A stretch of DNA of 64,000 bases, taken from NCBI RefSeq assembly GCF_006345805.1, contig NC_043003.1, forward strand, positions 105,648,001-105,712,000, written 5' to 3'. The position numbers and the translations under genes were made by a program. Below, piece after piece: positions 37,892 through 50,854 of the stretch (positions within the stretch are counted from its first letter, which is position 1; the number at the start of each line of letters is the position of its first letter). Origin of the DNA: Octopus sinensis. Lineage: Eukaryota. The notes beneath the pieces are model-generated. The model saw only the letters and a program-made list of their open reading frames with translations, was not told the DNA's origin and searched no databases.

Positions 37892-38212
37892 TTGTCCCCC
37901 TAGCATTGCTTGACAACCGATGCTGGTGTGTTTACGTCCCTGTCACTTAGCGGTTCGGCAAAAGAGACCGATAGAATAAGTACTGGGCTTACAAAGAATA
38001 AGTCCCGGGGTCGATTTGCTCGACTAAAGGCGGTGCTCCAGCATGGCCGCAGTCAAATGACTGAAACAAGTAAAAGAGTAAAACACAAAGTAAATAATTT
38101 TTTTTAAACAGTAAATAAAACTCAAAGTAAGGATCGACTAGTCACGACTAGCTAGCGCGGATGCGCGACTACAGGAGTGCGCGCATCGGGACCACTGTTC
38201 TTAAGTAGTACC
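37516..38212. mobile_element. Merlin-type MITE with perfect 8-bp TSD, containing SINE A at 37669-38080
   Basis: GGTACTACTTAAGAA...TTCTTAAGTAGTACC; TSD TTTACTTA at 37508-37515 and 38213-38220. Confidence 0.9.
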
Positions 38213-38609
38213 TTTACTTAGACATCTGGACACTTTTGAGAATGCAGATGTCTGAATAAGTAGGGGACCTGATCTGTTAAGGGTTTAGCAGTCCATACTT
38301 TATTATTAGTGCCATGTTATAACTAACCAAGTCCATTAATCTCTTAGGAAGCATTATTGATGATATAATCACTACTGGAAGAAGCATTGATGCAAGGGAA
38401 TATTGGCTTGTTGAACTACTTTGACAGATCAATATCCCATCCAGAAAGAGATATGTCTCTCATTTTGTGAACACTAACAACCAAAGATAAACAACGGTTG
38501 TGTGATTCTTTGTGATCTGCAAAATAATCAGTTTGCCAACTTTTTAATTCTTACCAAATATTCTTATGTGGCACAATTTTCAAATGAATGTTTTTATATT
38601 TCTTTCAAG

Positions 38610-38730
38610 ATATTGGATCCTGTCCTTGTGATCTGACTGCCCATGGCTGTGATGTAAACTGTTGCTGTGATTCTGACTGTTCTTCAGATGACCAACAGGC
38701 TTTTTCTCATTGCATAGCTTTTAATCCTAT
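38610..38730 (+). CDS. TCTN1: Tectonic coding exon 2 (Cys-rich N-terminal motif)
   Basis: (D)[25 protein letters not shown] is the tectonic C.CDL...CD.NCCCD.DC signature; ag/gtgagt, phase 1-2. Confidence 0.95.
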
Positions 38731-39529
38731 GTGAGTGGTTTTTATCTATTTTTCATTTACCATTTCCATTTCATAAAAAGTAAAAAAAAAGACTTCAAAA
38801 AAACACCATTGCAATTCATGGGGCTATGCTCTGTGTCACTGCTGTGAAGCTAGTTAATTGATCATAATAACTTTTTTCTCTCTGGTTCTTATTTTATTGA
38901 TCACCCTTTCCCTCCCTCCTGATCCAGTCTGTATTCTCCCTTAGAATCACCTTTTTTTGTACATTGAGAGTATGCTCTGACACCCTGTCATCACTGTCTT
39001 TATCTCCCTTCTATCTACTCTCACCCACCCTCACATAATAAAGCTGGATGGCCATGTTTCTTCCCTATAGCCAGACACCTGTGCTCGTTCTTCAGCCTTC
39101 AACACTTTAGCACAGAACCATCTCCCCCCCCCTCACTCGGTCAAGAGGGCTTTTTCCCCTTTCCTTTCTTTTTGTCTTCTAAATTACTTGGTGACCTCAC
39201 TAGTGCTGGTCATATGGATCAAATGCCCAGTACAAAATGTAAAGTAGTTGGTATTAGGAAGGGCACCCAACTGAGGAAACCATGCCAAAGTTGAGACTGG
39301 GGGCTTGTGATTCATTGGATCCTGTCAAATAGTTCAACTCATGCCAGCATGGTAAATGGACATGAAATGAGGAGGAGGAAAGTTCAGTAAATTCATTTTG
39401 TCCTGAGGAATGTAAAAATTATTTCAAACCCAAAGCATTATATTCTACAATCCTCGTGAAAAATGAACCAACCATGCCAATACAGACTATCACCTGTTTC
39501 CTCAAATTTCCATTCAATTTTATATTAAA

Positions 39530-39921
39530 CTAGCAGTATCACCTGGCGTTGCTCGGGTTTGTAAGGGAAATAACTATATAAGCATTTTTAGAGATGTAAA
39601 GTATAATAGCCATCTCAATATGGCTAACCACAAAGGGGGGGATGTTACTGTAGCTTTTTACGTTCTGAGATTTAATAATAAATTTTTAGAGAGTTACTTC
39701 CCTTATATATGCCAAAAATGCATTAAAAATGGGAAAAATTGATGGTAAATTTTTTTTTAAATCGTAGACTCATCGTAGACGTGCGCTAATACCCAGAAGG
39801 GCTCGATGTGAATCACGACTATAAGATACCCGGTTTTGGTTAAACTGCACCACAAAATGTGGGAGTAGTTAGGAATCTAAATCGTAAGAGACAGACAGCA
39901 CACAGCCTCTCTTTTATATAT
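39530..39921 (-). mobile_element. Non-autonomous Helitron (same family as 32239-32631)
   Basis: Reverse complement of copy 2 including the CTAG end and hairpin. Confidence 0.8.
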
Positions 39922-40336
39922 TAATATTTGATGATTAATTAACGAAATCACAAAGGTGGTGAGTTAGCAGAATTGTTAGTACATCAAGGCGGCGAGCTGG
40001 CAGAAATGTTAGCATGCCGGGTGAAATGCTTAACGGTATTTTGCCTGCTGCTACATTCTGAGTTCAAATTCCGCCGAGGTCGACTTTGCCTTTCATCCTT
40101 TCGGGGTCGATTAAATAAGTACCAGTTATGTACTGGTGTTGTTATAATCAACTTAGTCCGTTTGTCTGTCCTTGTTTGTCTCCTTTGTGTGTAGCCCCGT
40201 GTGGGCAGTAAAGAAATAGGTATTTTGTCTGCCGTTACGTTCTGAGTTCAAAGGGGCTATACCTATTTTAATACATATTTAGCAATCAACTCTCTTCCCA
40301 AATATTTTCAGAGAAGAAAATTCATTAATATTTCAG

Positions 40337-40440
40337 AATTGATGACCGGTTGTGCTTTCCTGAAAACCTTATGACAGTTAATGTCTATTTTAAAACCAAT
40401 GTTTCTGATGATGGGATCCTCTGTATTTATTACGACAACA
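40337..40440 (+). CDS. TCTN1: Tectonic coding exon 3
   Basis: tttcag/gtaagt, phase 2-1; IDDRLCFPENLMTVNVYFKTNVSDDGILCIYYDN. Confidence 0.88.
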
Positions 40441-40694
40441 GTAAGTATTTTCTTTTGTCTAATTTAATAAATTTTGTTCATTTATCATTGTTCTTTCCTT
40501 TTATATTAAATTTTCTTTTTCTAAATTATGTCAAACAAAATTTGTTAAAATATTCAATTGCTAATTTTAATGAACCAGGCTATGTTTACAATTATATTCT
40601 TAAATTTATCCTCACTTTAAATATTTTTAAAATGTTTTACACTGAAGAACCAAACATATAACTGACAAATGTTTTCCATTTCTTTCATTTGTAG

Positions 40695-40831
40695 AAGCTG
40701 AACGAAACTTTTACAAAAATCCCAAGCTTGTTACCACTGAAGAAATGTTCTTGGAGTATGAAAAAAGATATTCAGGTCCATCGTATAAGGTACAAGAACC
40801 GAAAGCACCTACATTTGGAGACTTTTACAAA
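40695..40831 (+). CDS. TCTN1: Tectonic coding exon 4
   Basis: ttgtag/gtaagt, phase 1-0; (K)AERNFYKNPKLVTTEEMFLEYEKRYSGPSYKVQEPKAPTFGDFYK. NAGNAG acceptor (TAG AAG). Confidence 0.88.
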
Positions 40832-41849
40832 GTAAGTAGATCTCTTGGCAGAATGATGTTCAGGTTTTTTTCTTTTTTTATTTGCTCCCATTTAAATATT
40901 TTTTGAGAATTGAAACTAATGCTGAATAAAAAATTTTAAAAAAACAAAAATTAATAAATGTGGCATGCCAATGAAGGAACCTTTAAACAGCCACTTTATC
41001 TGCTAGAAATAGCAACTAAATGTACATTACTGCATATGCTTTATACGCACTTTTGACAAGTTGTGGTGCACCTGAGCACTGTATACAATAATTTCATTAT
41101 TGTTATTCATCATCATCATCATCATCATCATCATTTAGCATCCGCTTTCCATACTAGCATGGGCTGGACGGTTCAACTGGGGTCTGGGAACCCAGAAGGC
41201 TGCACCAGGCCCAGTCTGATCTGGCAGTGTTTCTACGGCTGGATGCCCTTCCTAACACCAACCACTCCGTGAGTGTAGTGGGTGCTTTTTACGTGCCACC
41301 CGCACAGGTGCCAGACGGAGCTGGCAAACAGCCACGGACGAATGGTGCCTTTTACGTGCCACCGGCACGGGGTCCAGGCGAGGCTTGCAACGGCCACGGA
41401 CGGATGGTGCTTTTTACGTGCCACCGGTACGGGGGCCAGGCGAGGCTGGCAACGGCCACGAACGGATGGTGCTTTTCATCCCATAATCATCCCATATCTC
41501 ACAAAGCAAAGATACAGTCAACCGTGCAAGAGTCCTAAACTATCCAAATATACAGGATGATGTTTAGGAACACTTTTGATCATAGATCTACTCATTTAAG
41601 GGTTACTGTTGATGTGTAATAGAAGTACCCAGCTACATAGCACAGGTGCCATCCCTGACTAACAGCTAAATACTAATTATAATAAGGAATGGTGACAGAA
41701 GACTGCATGTTTGGGTTCTGATCAGAATACGAGACTGCACTCCATGGTTGAGTGGTTACTCAGTTGAAGGACAGTGGTTTTCAATTTGTTTTTTTTTCTG
41801 TCTATTTTTCCATTGTAGCATGAGTAAAATAATTTGTGTAAATTTGAAC

Positions 41850-42024
41850 ATTAGTTAGTTAGTTAGTTAGTTAGTTAATTTGGCTCAAAAGCAAATAGCA
41901 AGGCCATGTAGGGGGACATGGAGTTAAGTACAGGGTGGTGTTCATGTAAAGAGTTCAGGCCACTTGAGGTCAAGGGAGGCTTTGAACAAAGCGGTCGTCG
42001 GCATCTTCACCATCTCGTCTGGTT
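41850..42024 (-). mobile_element. CR1-like LINE 3' end with (CTAA)n tail
   Basis: Minus strand PDEMVKMPTTALFKASLDLKW* followed by a short UTR and (CTAA)n. Confidence 0.65.
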
Positions 42025-42895
42025 GGACCAATTACTTTTGTAGCTGATGTTTTTTGCTGCTACAAACCGTCCCACTATGAAGCTGATGTGGATGGAATGA
42101 GACAATTTGTCATGACCGACAGGACTTCCAACCTATCGTGGCACAGGAGGGAAAAGGAAAAAAAAAACAAAAAACACACACACACACATATACAGAGAAA
42201 GAGAGAAACATACACATGCAGAGAGAAAGAGTAAGAAACATTGAAATGTTAAAACACCTGAAATCTGATAAATCAACATCAGATCAGCTGTACCAAATAA
42301 GTGGCCCTGAAACAGCCGTACCAGAATATCTCTTACCTAATGTGGAATCTGCTGTTATCCAGGCAGAGTTATTTGCTTTCAACTGAAGTAAGCAAAGAAA
42401 TGGCTAGAGTTGGGTTTAAGCTTAATGTCATCATCATCATCATTGTTTAATGTCTGTTTTCCATGCTGTCATGGGTTGGATGGTTTGACTGGAGACTGGC
42501 AAACCAGGAGGCCACACCAAGCTTCAATCTGATCTGGCAAGGTTTCTACAGCTGGATGCTCTTCCTAACACCAACCACTCTGGAAGAGTTGTAGGTGTTT
42601 TTTACGTGCCACTGACACAGGGGCCAGTCAGGCAGCACTGGCATCAGCCACATTCAAAAAGTACTTTTTACATGCCACTGGCAGTGACCTACACATTAAT
42701 GAATGGTGCTTATCATGTACCACAGCCATTTATTTCATCCAGTTACAACAATCTATCCAAAAAGCAGGAGAATTTGTCTAGTTATTGTATTAATGCAGTC
42801 TTGTTTATGTAATTTCTTGTAAATTTATATTTAATTATCTTTCAATAAAATTAATTATATTTCTATGTTATTCTTTTGGTTTTTTTTTTTTTCAG

Positions 42896-42998
42896 AGTGG
42901 TAACAGCATTTATATATTGGGTTCTGACTATGTAGCCGGTTATTTCACTCTACCAACTACACTGGCTACAGGATTTTGTGTTGACAACAACCCTGCTG
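42896..42998 (+). CDS. TCTN1: Tectonic coding exon 5
   Basis: poly-T cag/gtcagt, phase 0-1; SGNSIYILGSDYVAGYFTLPTTLATGFCVDNNPA has the tectonic 'LP......C.D.NPA' motif. Confidence 0.93.
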
Positions 42999-45290
42999 GT
43001 CAGTAAACAACAAAAGCATATATCACCCTTGAGATGATAGTTATTTACTGAAGCATGTGTGTGTTAAAGCATTGAATACCATAACCTGTTCTCTGTATTT
43101 TATTAAGATTCTATATATATTCTTTCTTGTCTTGGGATTCACGGTCAAATGGCTGGGTGGAATTGTGCGAAAAATTACACAGATGTGTAGAATGATCTGG
43201 TGGTGATGCTGGGCTTTGTATTGTTTCATAGCTCCCATGGTTACTGAGATAATCTACTATAATAATACTCTTGTGTTTATGAATGAGAAAGGAAGGGGTG
43301 ATGTCATTCTTGGTAGTGTACACTGAAAAAGTAAATCAAACAGCATTTCAACTCTGTGTGATTATATGTGTGTGTATGTGAATGTGTGCATATGCATGCT
43401 CAGTGGAAGTGGGATGGTTCATCTTTGTTTGCTTTGTATTTGGGTTTATTTTTTGATTTCGTTGAATCATGGTTGTTTTTTTTTGTTCAGTCATTTTTAG
43501 TTTTGACAAAAAAAAGTCATTCCAAAATTGTTTTTTAATGTAAGCATGCCCAAGCAAGTCAAATGCTTACACAGAGCAGGTTTTACAGTCACATCATCCA
43601 AACCGACCAGGTGAAACCGGGATTAGCTGCTAGTATATCTATAGTTTTGGAATCAGGATGATCCCAGGATTGAAAATCTGCCCTTCATTTGGTTCTTGAA
43701 CATCTAGCATTGGGCTCTGATTTAAAAGCATTTGGGTTGCTATTTCTAGCAAGTAAAGTTTGGCTGGTCCACACCATCTTGGTTGGCATTTGTCATGTGA
43801 CATCAGAGATCGAGGAGGGGGTAAATGACGTTCGTTTCGTTAATTTTATGTTAAGATAAGAACTTCGGGACAAATTGGCCAACTGTTTGAATTCAACTTG
43901 AGACTGGAACAATAGAACGATTGCATTAAAGAATTAATTCTCATCTGTCCTTAATCTCTGATCAAACACCTCCAGGGCATATAATCATTTTAGACATATC
44001 ATAGTCATGCTTTTTAGCTGTCTTTAGTTTTGGGCCACAGGCCCATTTAGCCCTCAACAGGAGTTAGCTTAAAAGTCTGCATGGTGTGTGATTTTTAAGC
44101 TAGTAATTAATAAAATACAGGTGGTGAAGCATGATCTTCGAGCTTTGGATCTCACAGAGCCTTGCAAAGAAGACCCATCAAACTAAGTAAAACCACAGTC
44201 GTGGCAGATACCAGTGGCATTGTAAAAGCACCCATTACACTCTTAGAGTGGTTGACATTAGGATGGGCATCCAGCTGTAGAAACTATGCCAAATCAGACT
44301 GGAATCTGGTGCAGTCTTGCAGCTTGCCAGCCCTGGTGAAACCGTCCAACCCATGCCAACATGGGCAATGGACACAAAATGAGGATGAGTGTGACTGAAC
44401 CTGAAACCACATGGTTGTAAAGCAAGCTTGTTAACCACTCAGCCATTCCTGTGCCTGAAATATAATTTCAGGACTTTTTCTACATCAGATATCCTATGGT
44501 AGGATGAATTTGTTTTGCTGGAGACTAGAAGAACGTTAATGCTTTTGTTATGAACTTGGCAAAATGCGATGGTTTTAGAGTACTTGAGATTCGTATACTA
44601 AGTCGGTGGCACGTAAAAGCACCATCCGTTCGCGTCCGTTGCCAGCCTCGGCTGGCCCCCGTGCCGGTGACACGTAAAAGCACCATCCGTTCGTGGCCGT
44701 TTGCCAGCTCTGTCTGGCCCTGTGTCGGTGGCACGTAAAAGCACCATCCGTTCGTGTCCGTTGCCAGCATCGCCTGGCCCCGTGCCGGTGACACGTAAAA
44801 GCACCATCCGTTCGTGGCCGTTCGCCAGCTCTGTCTGGCACCTGTGCAGGTGGCACGTAAAAAACACCCACTACACTCGCGGAGTGGTTGGCGTTAGGAA
44901 GGGCATCCAGCCGTAGAAACACTGCCAGATCTGACTGGGCCTGACGAAGCCTTCCAGCTTCACAGACCCCAGTTGACCCGTCCAACCCATGCTAGCATGG
45001 AAAGCGGACGCTAAACGATGATGATGATTACATCCTGAGTCCAAATTCCGCCGAAGTCAACTTTGCCTTTCATCCTTTGTACCAATTGAGGACTGGGGTT
45101 TATCTAATCAACTTGACCCCTATCTGAAATTAACTGCTTTGTGCCTAAATTTGAAATCATTATGTTTATTCCTGTAATATAATGCGCTTCCAATGATGAC
45201 ACAAAACTGAGCTTAAAATTAAGTTTTTTAGTTTATTGAAGATAGATGTAGCCTTGGACTCATACGTATGAGTTCAATTTTCTGCTTGTG

Positions 45291-45640
45291 GTTTTACTCT
45301 TTTACTTGTTTCAGTCATTTGACTGTGGCCTTGCTGGAGCACCGCCTTTTTAGTTAGTTAGTTAGGACTTCTTTGTAAGCCTAGTACTTATTCTATCGGT
45401 TTCTTTTGCCGGGGACGTAAACACACCAGCATCGGTTGTCAAGCAATGTTGGGGGACACAAACACAGACACACAAACATACACACACACACATACATATA
45501 TACGACGAGCTTCTTTCAGTTTCCGTCTACCAAATCCACTCACAAGGCTTTGGTCGGCCCAAGGTGCCACACAGTGGGACTGAACCCAGAACCATGTGGT
45601 TGGTAAGCAAGCTACTTACCACACAGCCACTCCTACACCT
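45291..45640 (-). mobile_element. SINE family A (internally deleted)
   Basis: Reverse-complement copy. Confidence 0.85.
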
Positions 45641-46437
45641 ATAAATTGTAAATTTCAATGTGACATTTTATTTCATACCAAAATGTACATGTTTTATTCA
45701 TATCAAAAATAGTACCAGATTTTTGGAGAATATCATCCGTTACAGACTGGTGTTCTATGCTTAGAAAGATTTTATATCTCATCCGTTTAATACCATGAAA
45801 CTGGTACCTAACATCAGCCAGTAAAAACCATTTAGGGCTAGCAGATATTGACAGAATAAGATTAGGGTTTTCAAATGAAGTTATGCAGTTTTCTGTGATG
45901 CACCATTGATGAATGGAAGGCACAGGTATGGTTATGTGGTTAGGAAGATCACTTTGCAACTGTGTCGTTTTGGGTTCAGTCCCACTATACAGCACTTTGA
46001 GCAAGTGTCTTCTTCTATAGCCCTGGGCCAACTAATGCCAGTGAGTGAATTTTCAAAATGGAAACTGTGTGGAAACCTGTTGAGTGTGTCTGTGTGCATT
46101 TCTGTTTGTCTCCACCAACACAGCTTGACAACTGATGTTGGTTTGTTTATGGCCCAAGAACAAAGCAGTTCAGCAAAAGAGACCAATAGAATAAAGAATC
46201 AGATTTAAAACTAAGTATTTAGGTTGATTCGTTAGACTAAGAGTTCTTCAAGGCATTACTCCAGCATGGCCATATTCCAATGATTGAAATGAGTAAAAGA
46301 GGTAATCAGGCTGAAATTTACAGTTTTAAAATTATGTGCTTTTACATGTGTGTGTGTATTGATGTATTAAAGAGAATTCTGTAGAATTTTGTAAAAAATT
46401 ATTTTTAAAAATGAAATTATTATAATCTGTTTTATAG

Positions 46438-46556
46438 CTTATTTAGTTGACAAAACACAACAGTGTGTCAGAGATCTGAAAAGTTTGGATGAAGAATGTG
46501 AGATTTCTCCAAGAATCTCTGCTTACTCTTATTTTGAAGACTTCAAGATTGTTGTA
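46438..46556 (+). CDS. TCTN1: Tectonic coding exon 6
   Basis: ttatag/gtaagt, phase 1-0; (A)YLVDKTQQCVRDLKSLDEECEISPRISAYSYFEDFKIVV. Confidence 0.92.
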
Positions 46557-47194
46557 GTAAGTGATACTTTTTATGTTCTTTGTTGCCTTGAAACTTTAAG
46601 AACCAAAGATGGTTTGCTTCATGAGACATTTTGGAATAGAGTCACTGCTACACAAGCAGTATTTACACATTTTCAACAACCATTTTATCTTGAGTTCCTT
46701 TCAAGTGTTGGGCCTTACAGGGGCAATGACCAAGACCTTTGGCATTATGTTGTACTTGAGAAGAAGACCCAGTCATGGCAGATACCGGTGTCATGCAAAT
46801 TGGTACCTGTGCCGGTGGCACATAAATGCATCCTGGTGTCTTGCAAATGGCACCCATGCTGGTGGCACATAAAAGCACCCAAATCACTCTTGGAGTGGCT
46901 AGTGTTAGGAAGGGCATCCAGTCGTAGAAAACCATTTAGACTGGAGTTTTTCCAGCGTGCCAGCCCAGTCAAACCGTCCAACCCATGCCAGTATGGACAA
47001 CAGACATTTGATGGTGGCGGTGGCAATGGTCGTGTCGTCGTCTTGCCACCAGTTCAATATTTGTTATGTAAGGAGAATGCAATCAGTTATGGGTAGAAGT
47101 AAAATGAAAAGGCTTCAACATGAAAGACTTGTGAGTGGACTTGGTAGGTGGAAACTGAAAGAAGCCTGTTGTACATGTATGTGTGTGTGAGTGA

Positions 47195-47500
47195 AGGTGT
47201 GTGGCTTAGTGGTTAGAGTATTCAGCTCACAGTTGTAAGGTTGTGAGTTCAATTCCTGGTTGCATGTTGTCTCAATGAGCAACACTCTTTATTTCACGTT
47301 GCTCCAGTTCACTCATTTGGCAATAATGAGTTGTACCTGTAATTCATTGGGGGCCAGCCTTGTTGCATTCTTTGTCATGCAGAATCTCGCTGAGAACTAT
47401 GTTATGGGTACGTGTGTCTGTGGAGTACTCAGCCACTTGCATGTTAATTTCACAAGCTGGCAATTCTGTTGATTGGATCAACTGGAACACTCATTGTCAT
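47195..47500 (+). mobile_element. tRNA-derived SINE, third family (related copies about 17805-17960 and 62785-63085)
   Basis: TGGCTTAGTGGTTAGAG A box, GAGTTCAATTCC B box, followed by a shared CTTGAGCAA.ACACTT..TTTCAC.TTGCTCCAGTTCAC body. Confidence 0.7.
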
Positions 47501-47569
47501 AACCAATGAAGCACCAGTTTGTGTCTATGTATGAATTTGTGTGTGTTTGTATCTCCTTGTCCTGGCATC

Positions 47570-48050
47570 ACATCATCATCATCCATCATTTTAAATCCGG
47601 GTTTTGCCATAGCAACTGCCCTCACACCATCTTGCCATCTTGCCCAGTTTTGGTCGTCCTCCCTTCTCAAGCCCACCCTCCCAATCTCCTCCTCCACATT
47701 TTCCTCGATCTACCTCGCCTTTTTGGTCCATTTACCTCAAACTCTAGCACCCTTTTCAGAACATGCCCTTCGTCCCTCCTCAACACATGCCCATACCACC
47801 TCACTCCATTTGCCCTTGCCGACCATTCCATCAATTCCTCCAACCCCAGCATCCCCATCAAGTCCTCAGTCCTCCTCTTATCAAATAGCCTCACCCCCAC
47901 ACATTTCTCTAACCATTGCTCTCTCAGTTCTCAAAATTGCCATCTCTCTCTCCCCCAAACACCATGTCTTGCTCCCATACAGCATTGCAGCTCTCACTCA
48001 ACTCCTATAGACCTTTCCTTTCATCTTCACTGAGAACATTTTCCCATATG
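47570..48050 (-). mobile_element. RTE LINE 3' fragment
   Basis: MLGLEE.....RANGVRWYGHVLRRDEGHVLKRVLEFEVNGPKRRGRSRKMW; (GAT)n tail. Confidence 0.85.
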
Positions 48051-49029
48051 ACAACGCTCTACATTCCCTCAACTTCACATGATGGTTGTAAATGTGTATC
48101 ACTGCTGTACAGTCAATGTCATTCATTTCCAGTATTCTGTGAAAAAATATCTGGCCATGGGGAAATATTTCCTTGCTTGGAAACAGATGAAGGCTGGTAG
48201 CTGGAAGGGCATCGGACCATAGAAAAACCTGCCTCAGTAAACTCTCTCACTGACCCATTCTTATTTCTTTACTGCCCACAAGGGGCTACACACAGAGGGG
48301 ATAAACAAGGACAGACAAACGGATTAAGTCGATTATATCGACCCAGTGCGAAACTGGTACTTTATTTATCGATCCCGGAAGGATGAAAGGCAATGTCAAC
48401 CTCAGTGGAATTTGAACTCAGAACGTAACGGCTGACGAAATACTGCTAAGCATTTCGCCCGGTGTGCTAACGTTTCTGCCAGCTCACCACCACTGACCCA
48501 TTCTAGCATGGAAAAGTGGGCATTAAATGATGATGATGATGATGTTTGTCTTGATACCAGTGATCCCAAACTAACTGGATATCCCCTCTGTGCGGCAACA
48601 TACCATTACTATTTATAACTAATCGTTGTTGTTTATTTGTAGTTTCTGTCTAATGAAGAAAACCTTAGAATCAAAAAGTTCTTGTCTTTGCCATCTTTCT
48701 TTCAGTTGTAATGTTTCTAAGACAACATGGCTGTGTGGTTAAGAAGCTTGCTTTGCCACCACGTGGTTTCAGGTTCAGTCCCACTCTAGCCCTGGGACAA
48801 GCAATTCCTTGTGAGTGAATTTGGTTGATGGAAACTGTGTGGAAGCTTCTCATTTATGTATGTTTGTGTTTGTCCACCTCATCATCACTTGATGACTGGT
48901 GTTGGTTTGTTTATCTCACCATGAAATATCAGATCAGCAAAAGAAACTTGTTTGCTTGAGTACCAGACTTAAAAACATAGAAATAAGTCCCAGGGTCAAT
49001 TTATTCAGCTAAACACTTCAAGGTAATCA

Positions 49030-49325
49030 TCATCATTGTTCGACCGTGGTCGAGACAATGGAATTTACTATGTTACGCCAGACCTCACAGTCAGTCATAG
49101 CATTATGGAGGTCCTGTTGCTGGATGCCTGTATCCCTGGAGATTACATCAGGGTAGGAGAGTGTGTGCCCTCTGGTATCGCGAGCAGATGGCTTCCAGAG
49201 GAGAAGAGTAGAAATCACCTCGTTTTCAGCTCTATAACAATGTCCAGCAAACTGGACTCTTCTACCTTTCACAAGAGATGACACAGGTGGTCGTTTCCCA
49301 TATATTTGTACTTTGGGTGGATGAG
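49030..49325 (-). mobile_element. LINE (RTE-like) 3' fragment
   Basis: IYG..PPVS..VK.RRVQFAGHCYRAENEVISTLLLWKP...L.YPDVI..DTG; (GAT) tail. Confidence 0.7.
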
Positions 49326-50523
49326 GCTTTACTGCCAAGTTGTTATATGCTGGTCTGGTTTAGGGAATGAAATATTGCTACAGTTTTCAATTACTGTTCT
49401 CTTTCTATAAGAACTGAAAACATTTGTAAATATAAGCAAATAAATGTTGATAAAGAAGAAAAAACCATGACAGCCAATACTCAGGATCTTTAGCGAGACA
49501 CAGCTTTATGTACGGATGTCCCTGATGAGACCCAGGCTGAAACAAGTAAAAGATATCCAATATAGGGCATGACTTGATGGCTGCTATTTTTTTAGGTCTA
49601 ACATCATCATTATCATCATCATCGTTTAACGTCCGTTTTCCACACTAGCACGGGTTGGACGGTTCGACCGGGGTCTGGGAAGCCAGGGGCTGCACCAGGC
49701 TCCAGTCTGATCTGGCAGAGTTTCTACAGCTAGATGCCCTTCCTAACGCCAACCACTCCGCAAGTGTAGTGGGTACTTTTTACGTGCCACCTGCACAGGA
49801 GCCAGGGGGGTCCGGCATCGGCCACGATCGGTTGGAGCTTTTAACGTGCCACCAGCACAGAAGCCAGCCAAGGCGGCGCTGGCAACGGCCATGTTCAGAT
49901 GGTGCTTTTTATGTGCTACCGGCACAGAAGCCAGTCGAGGCGGCGCTGGCAACGGCCACGTTTGGATGGTGCTTTTTATGTGCCACTGGCACAGGTATCA
50001 CAACTACTATTTCCATTGATATTTATTTCGATGTTCATGTTCATGTACTTGACTCAACATAACAGCCAATCAAAAACCCTTTCGTCAACCTGAGTTACAT
50101 CTAGTAAATTCTTTACTTCTGTAGTACCACTGTCTTCTTCAGAGTTGAATGGTTTATCTTACAAAATTCATCCAGGCTGTATCGAAAAATTTGTGCACTC
50201 TAATTTTCAGGTCCACCCATGCCATATTGTAATCTGAAACTGTTGTAAAAGATTATTCTAGCAAGTTCTATTTCAGCTTTCTTATTTTCAATGGTAGAAT
50301 ATTTTATTTGCTTGTGGTTTTTGCATTTTTAATGATTTAAGCTGTCTGCACTGAAATCTCTGAATGTAGTTCAATTGCTCATTGTTTCTGCATTGAAATT
50401 TAGGTCTGTTAAAATATGATAGACTTCAGTTAATAAACTATGAATCTTAACAACTGCTCCCTGATTCATTCCAAAATCTGACTTAATATTTAAAAGTTAT
50501 CTTTATATGGAATTATTTTCCAG

Positions 50524-50605
50524 ACACCAAAGGTTTTCGAAGAATCGTTTTTGAAAATGTTATTGAATAAAACTGCAGATACATTCGACTCTGGAAGCAA
50601 GTCAG
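50524..50605 (+). CDS. TCTN1: Tectonic coding exon 7
   Basis: ttccag/gtatg, phase 0-1, required to connect exons 6 and 8; TPKVFEESFLKMLLNKTADTFDSGSKS. Confidence 0.8.
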
Positions 50606-50854
50606 GTATGCTATTCATAATTTATTCAATAAATTATATGCCAAACTAACATGGTTCAGAAAATTTGAACTTTTGTGTAAATTATAGAAAGCTGGTAATT
50701 TATTAATGGGAAATTTTCATAATGTCTGTTTGACTCATGCAAGCATGGGAAAGTAGATTATAGGGTGACTGAAACAATCTGTAAACAGTAAACGTTTGTT
50801 AAGTTTCCACCTTAACTTGTGATGCATAAAGAAAGTCTGCTTATTTACTTTTAG

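Noticed and set aside
41851-41876. Interstitial telomeric repeat
   Set aside because: (TTAG)n is not TTAGGG and is the tail of an adjacent CR1-like 3' end.
44602-44870. CRISPR-like repeat/spacer pattern (also 30578-30742 and 57332-57486)
   Set aside because: Spacers are related to each other, the context is eukaryotic and there are no cas genes; these are retroelement modules or minisatellites.
46485-47096. 203-aa ORF as an independent gene
   Set aside because: Tectonic exon 6 read through its donor into RTE/family C repeat sequence.
47195-47262. tRNA gene candidates (also 17805, 62785 and SINE heads)
   Set aside because: A/B boxes are present, but the cloverleaf is broken and the sequence continues into repeated SINE bodies.
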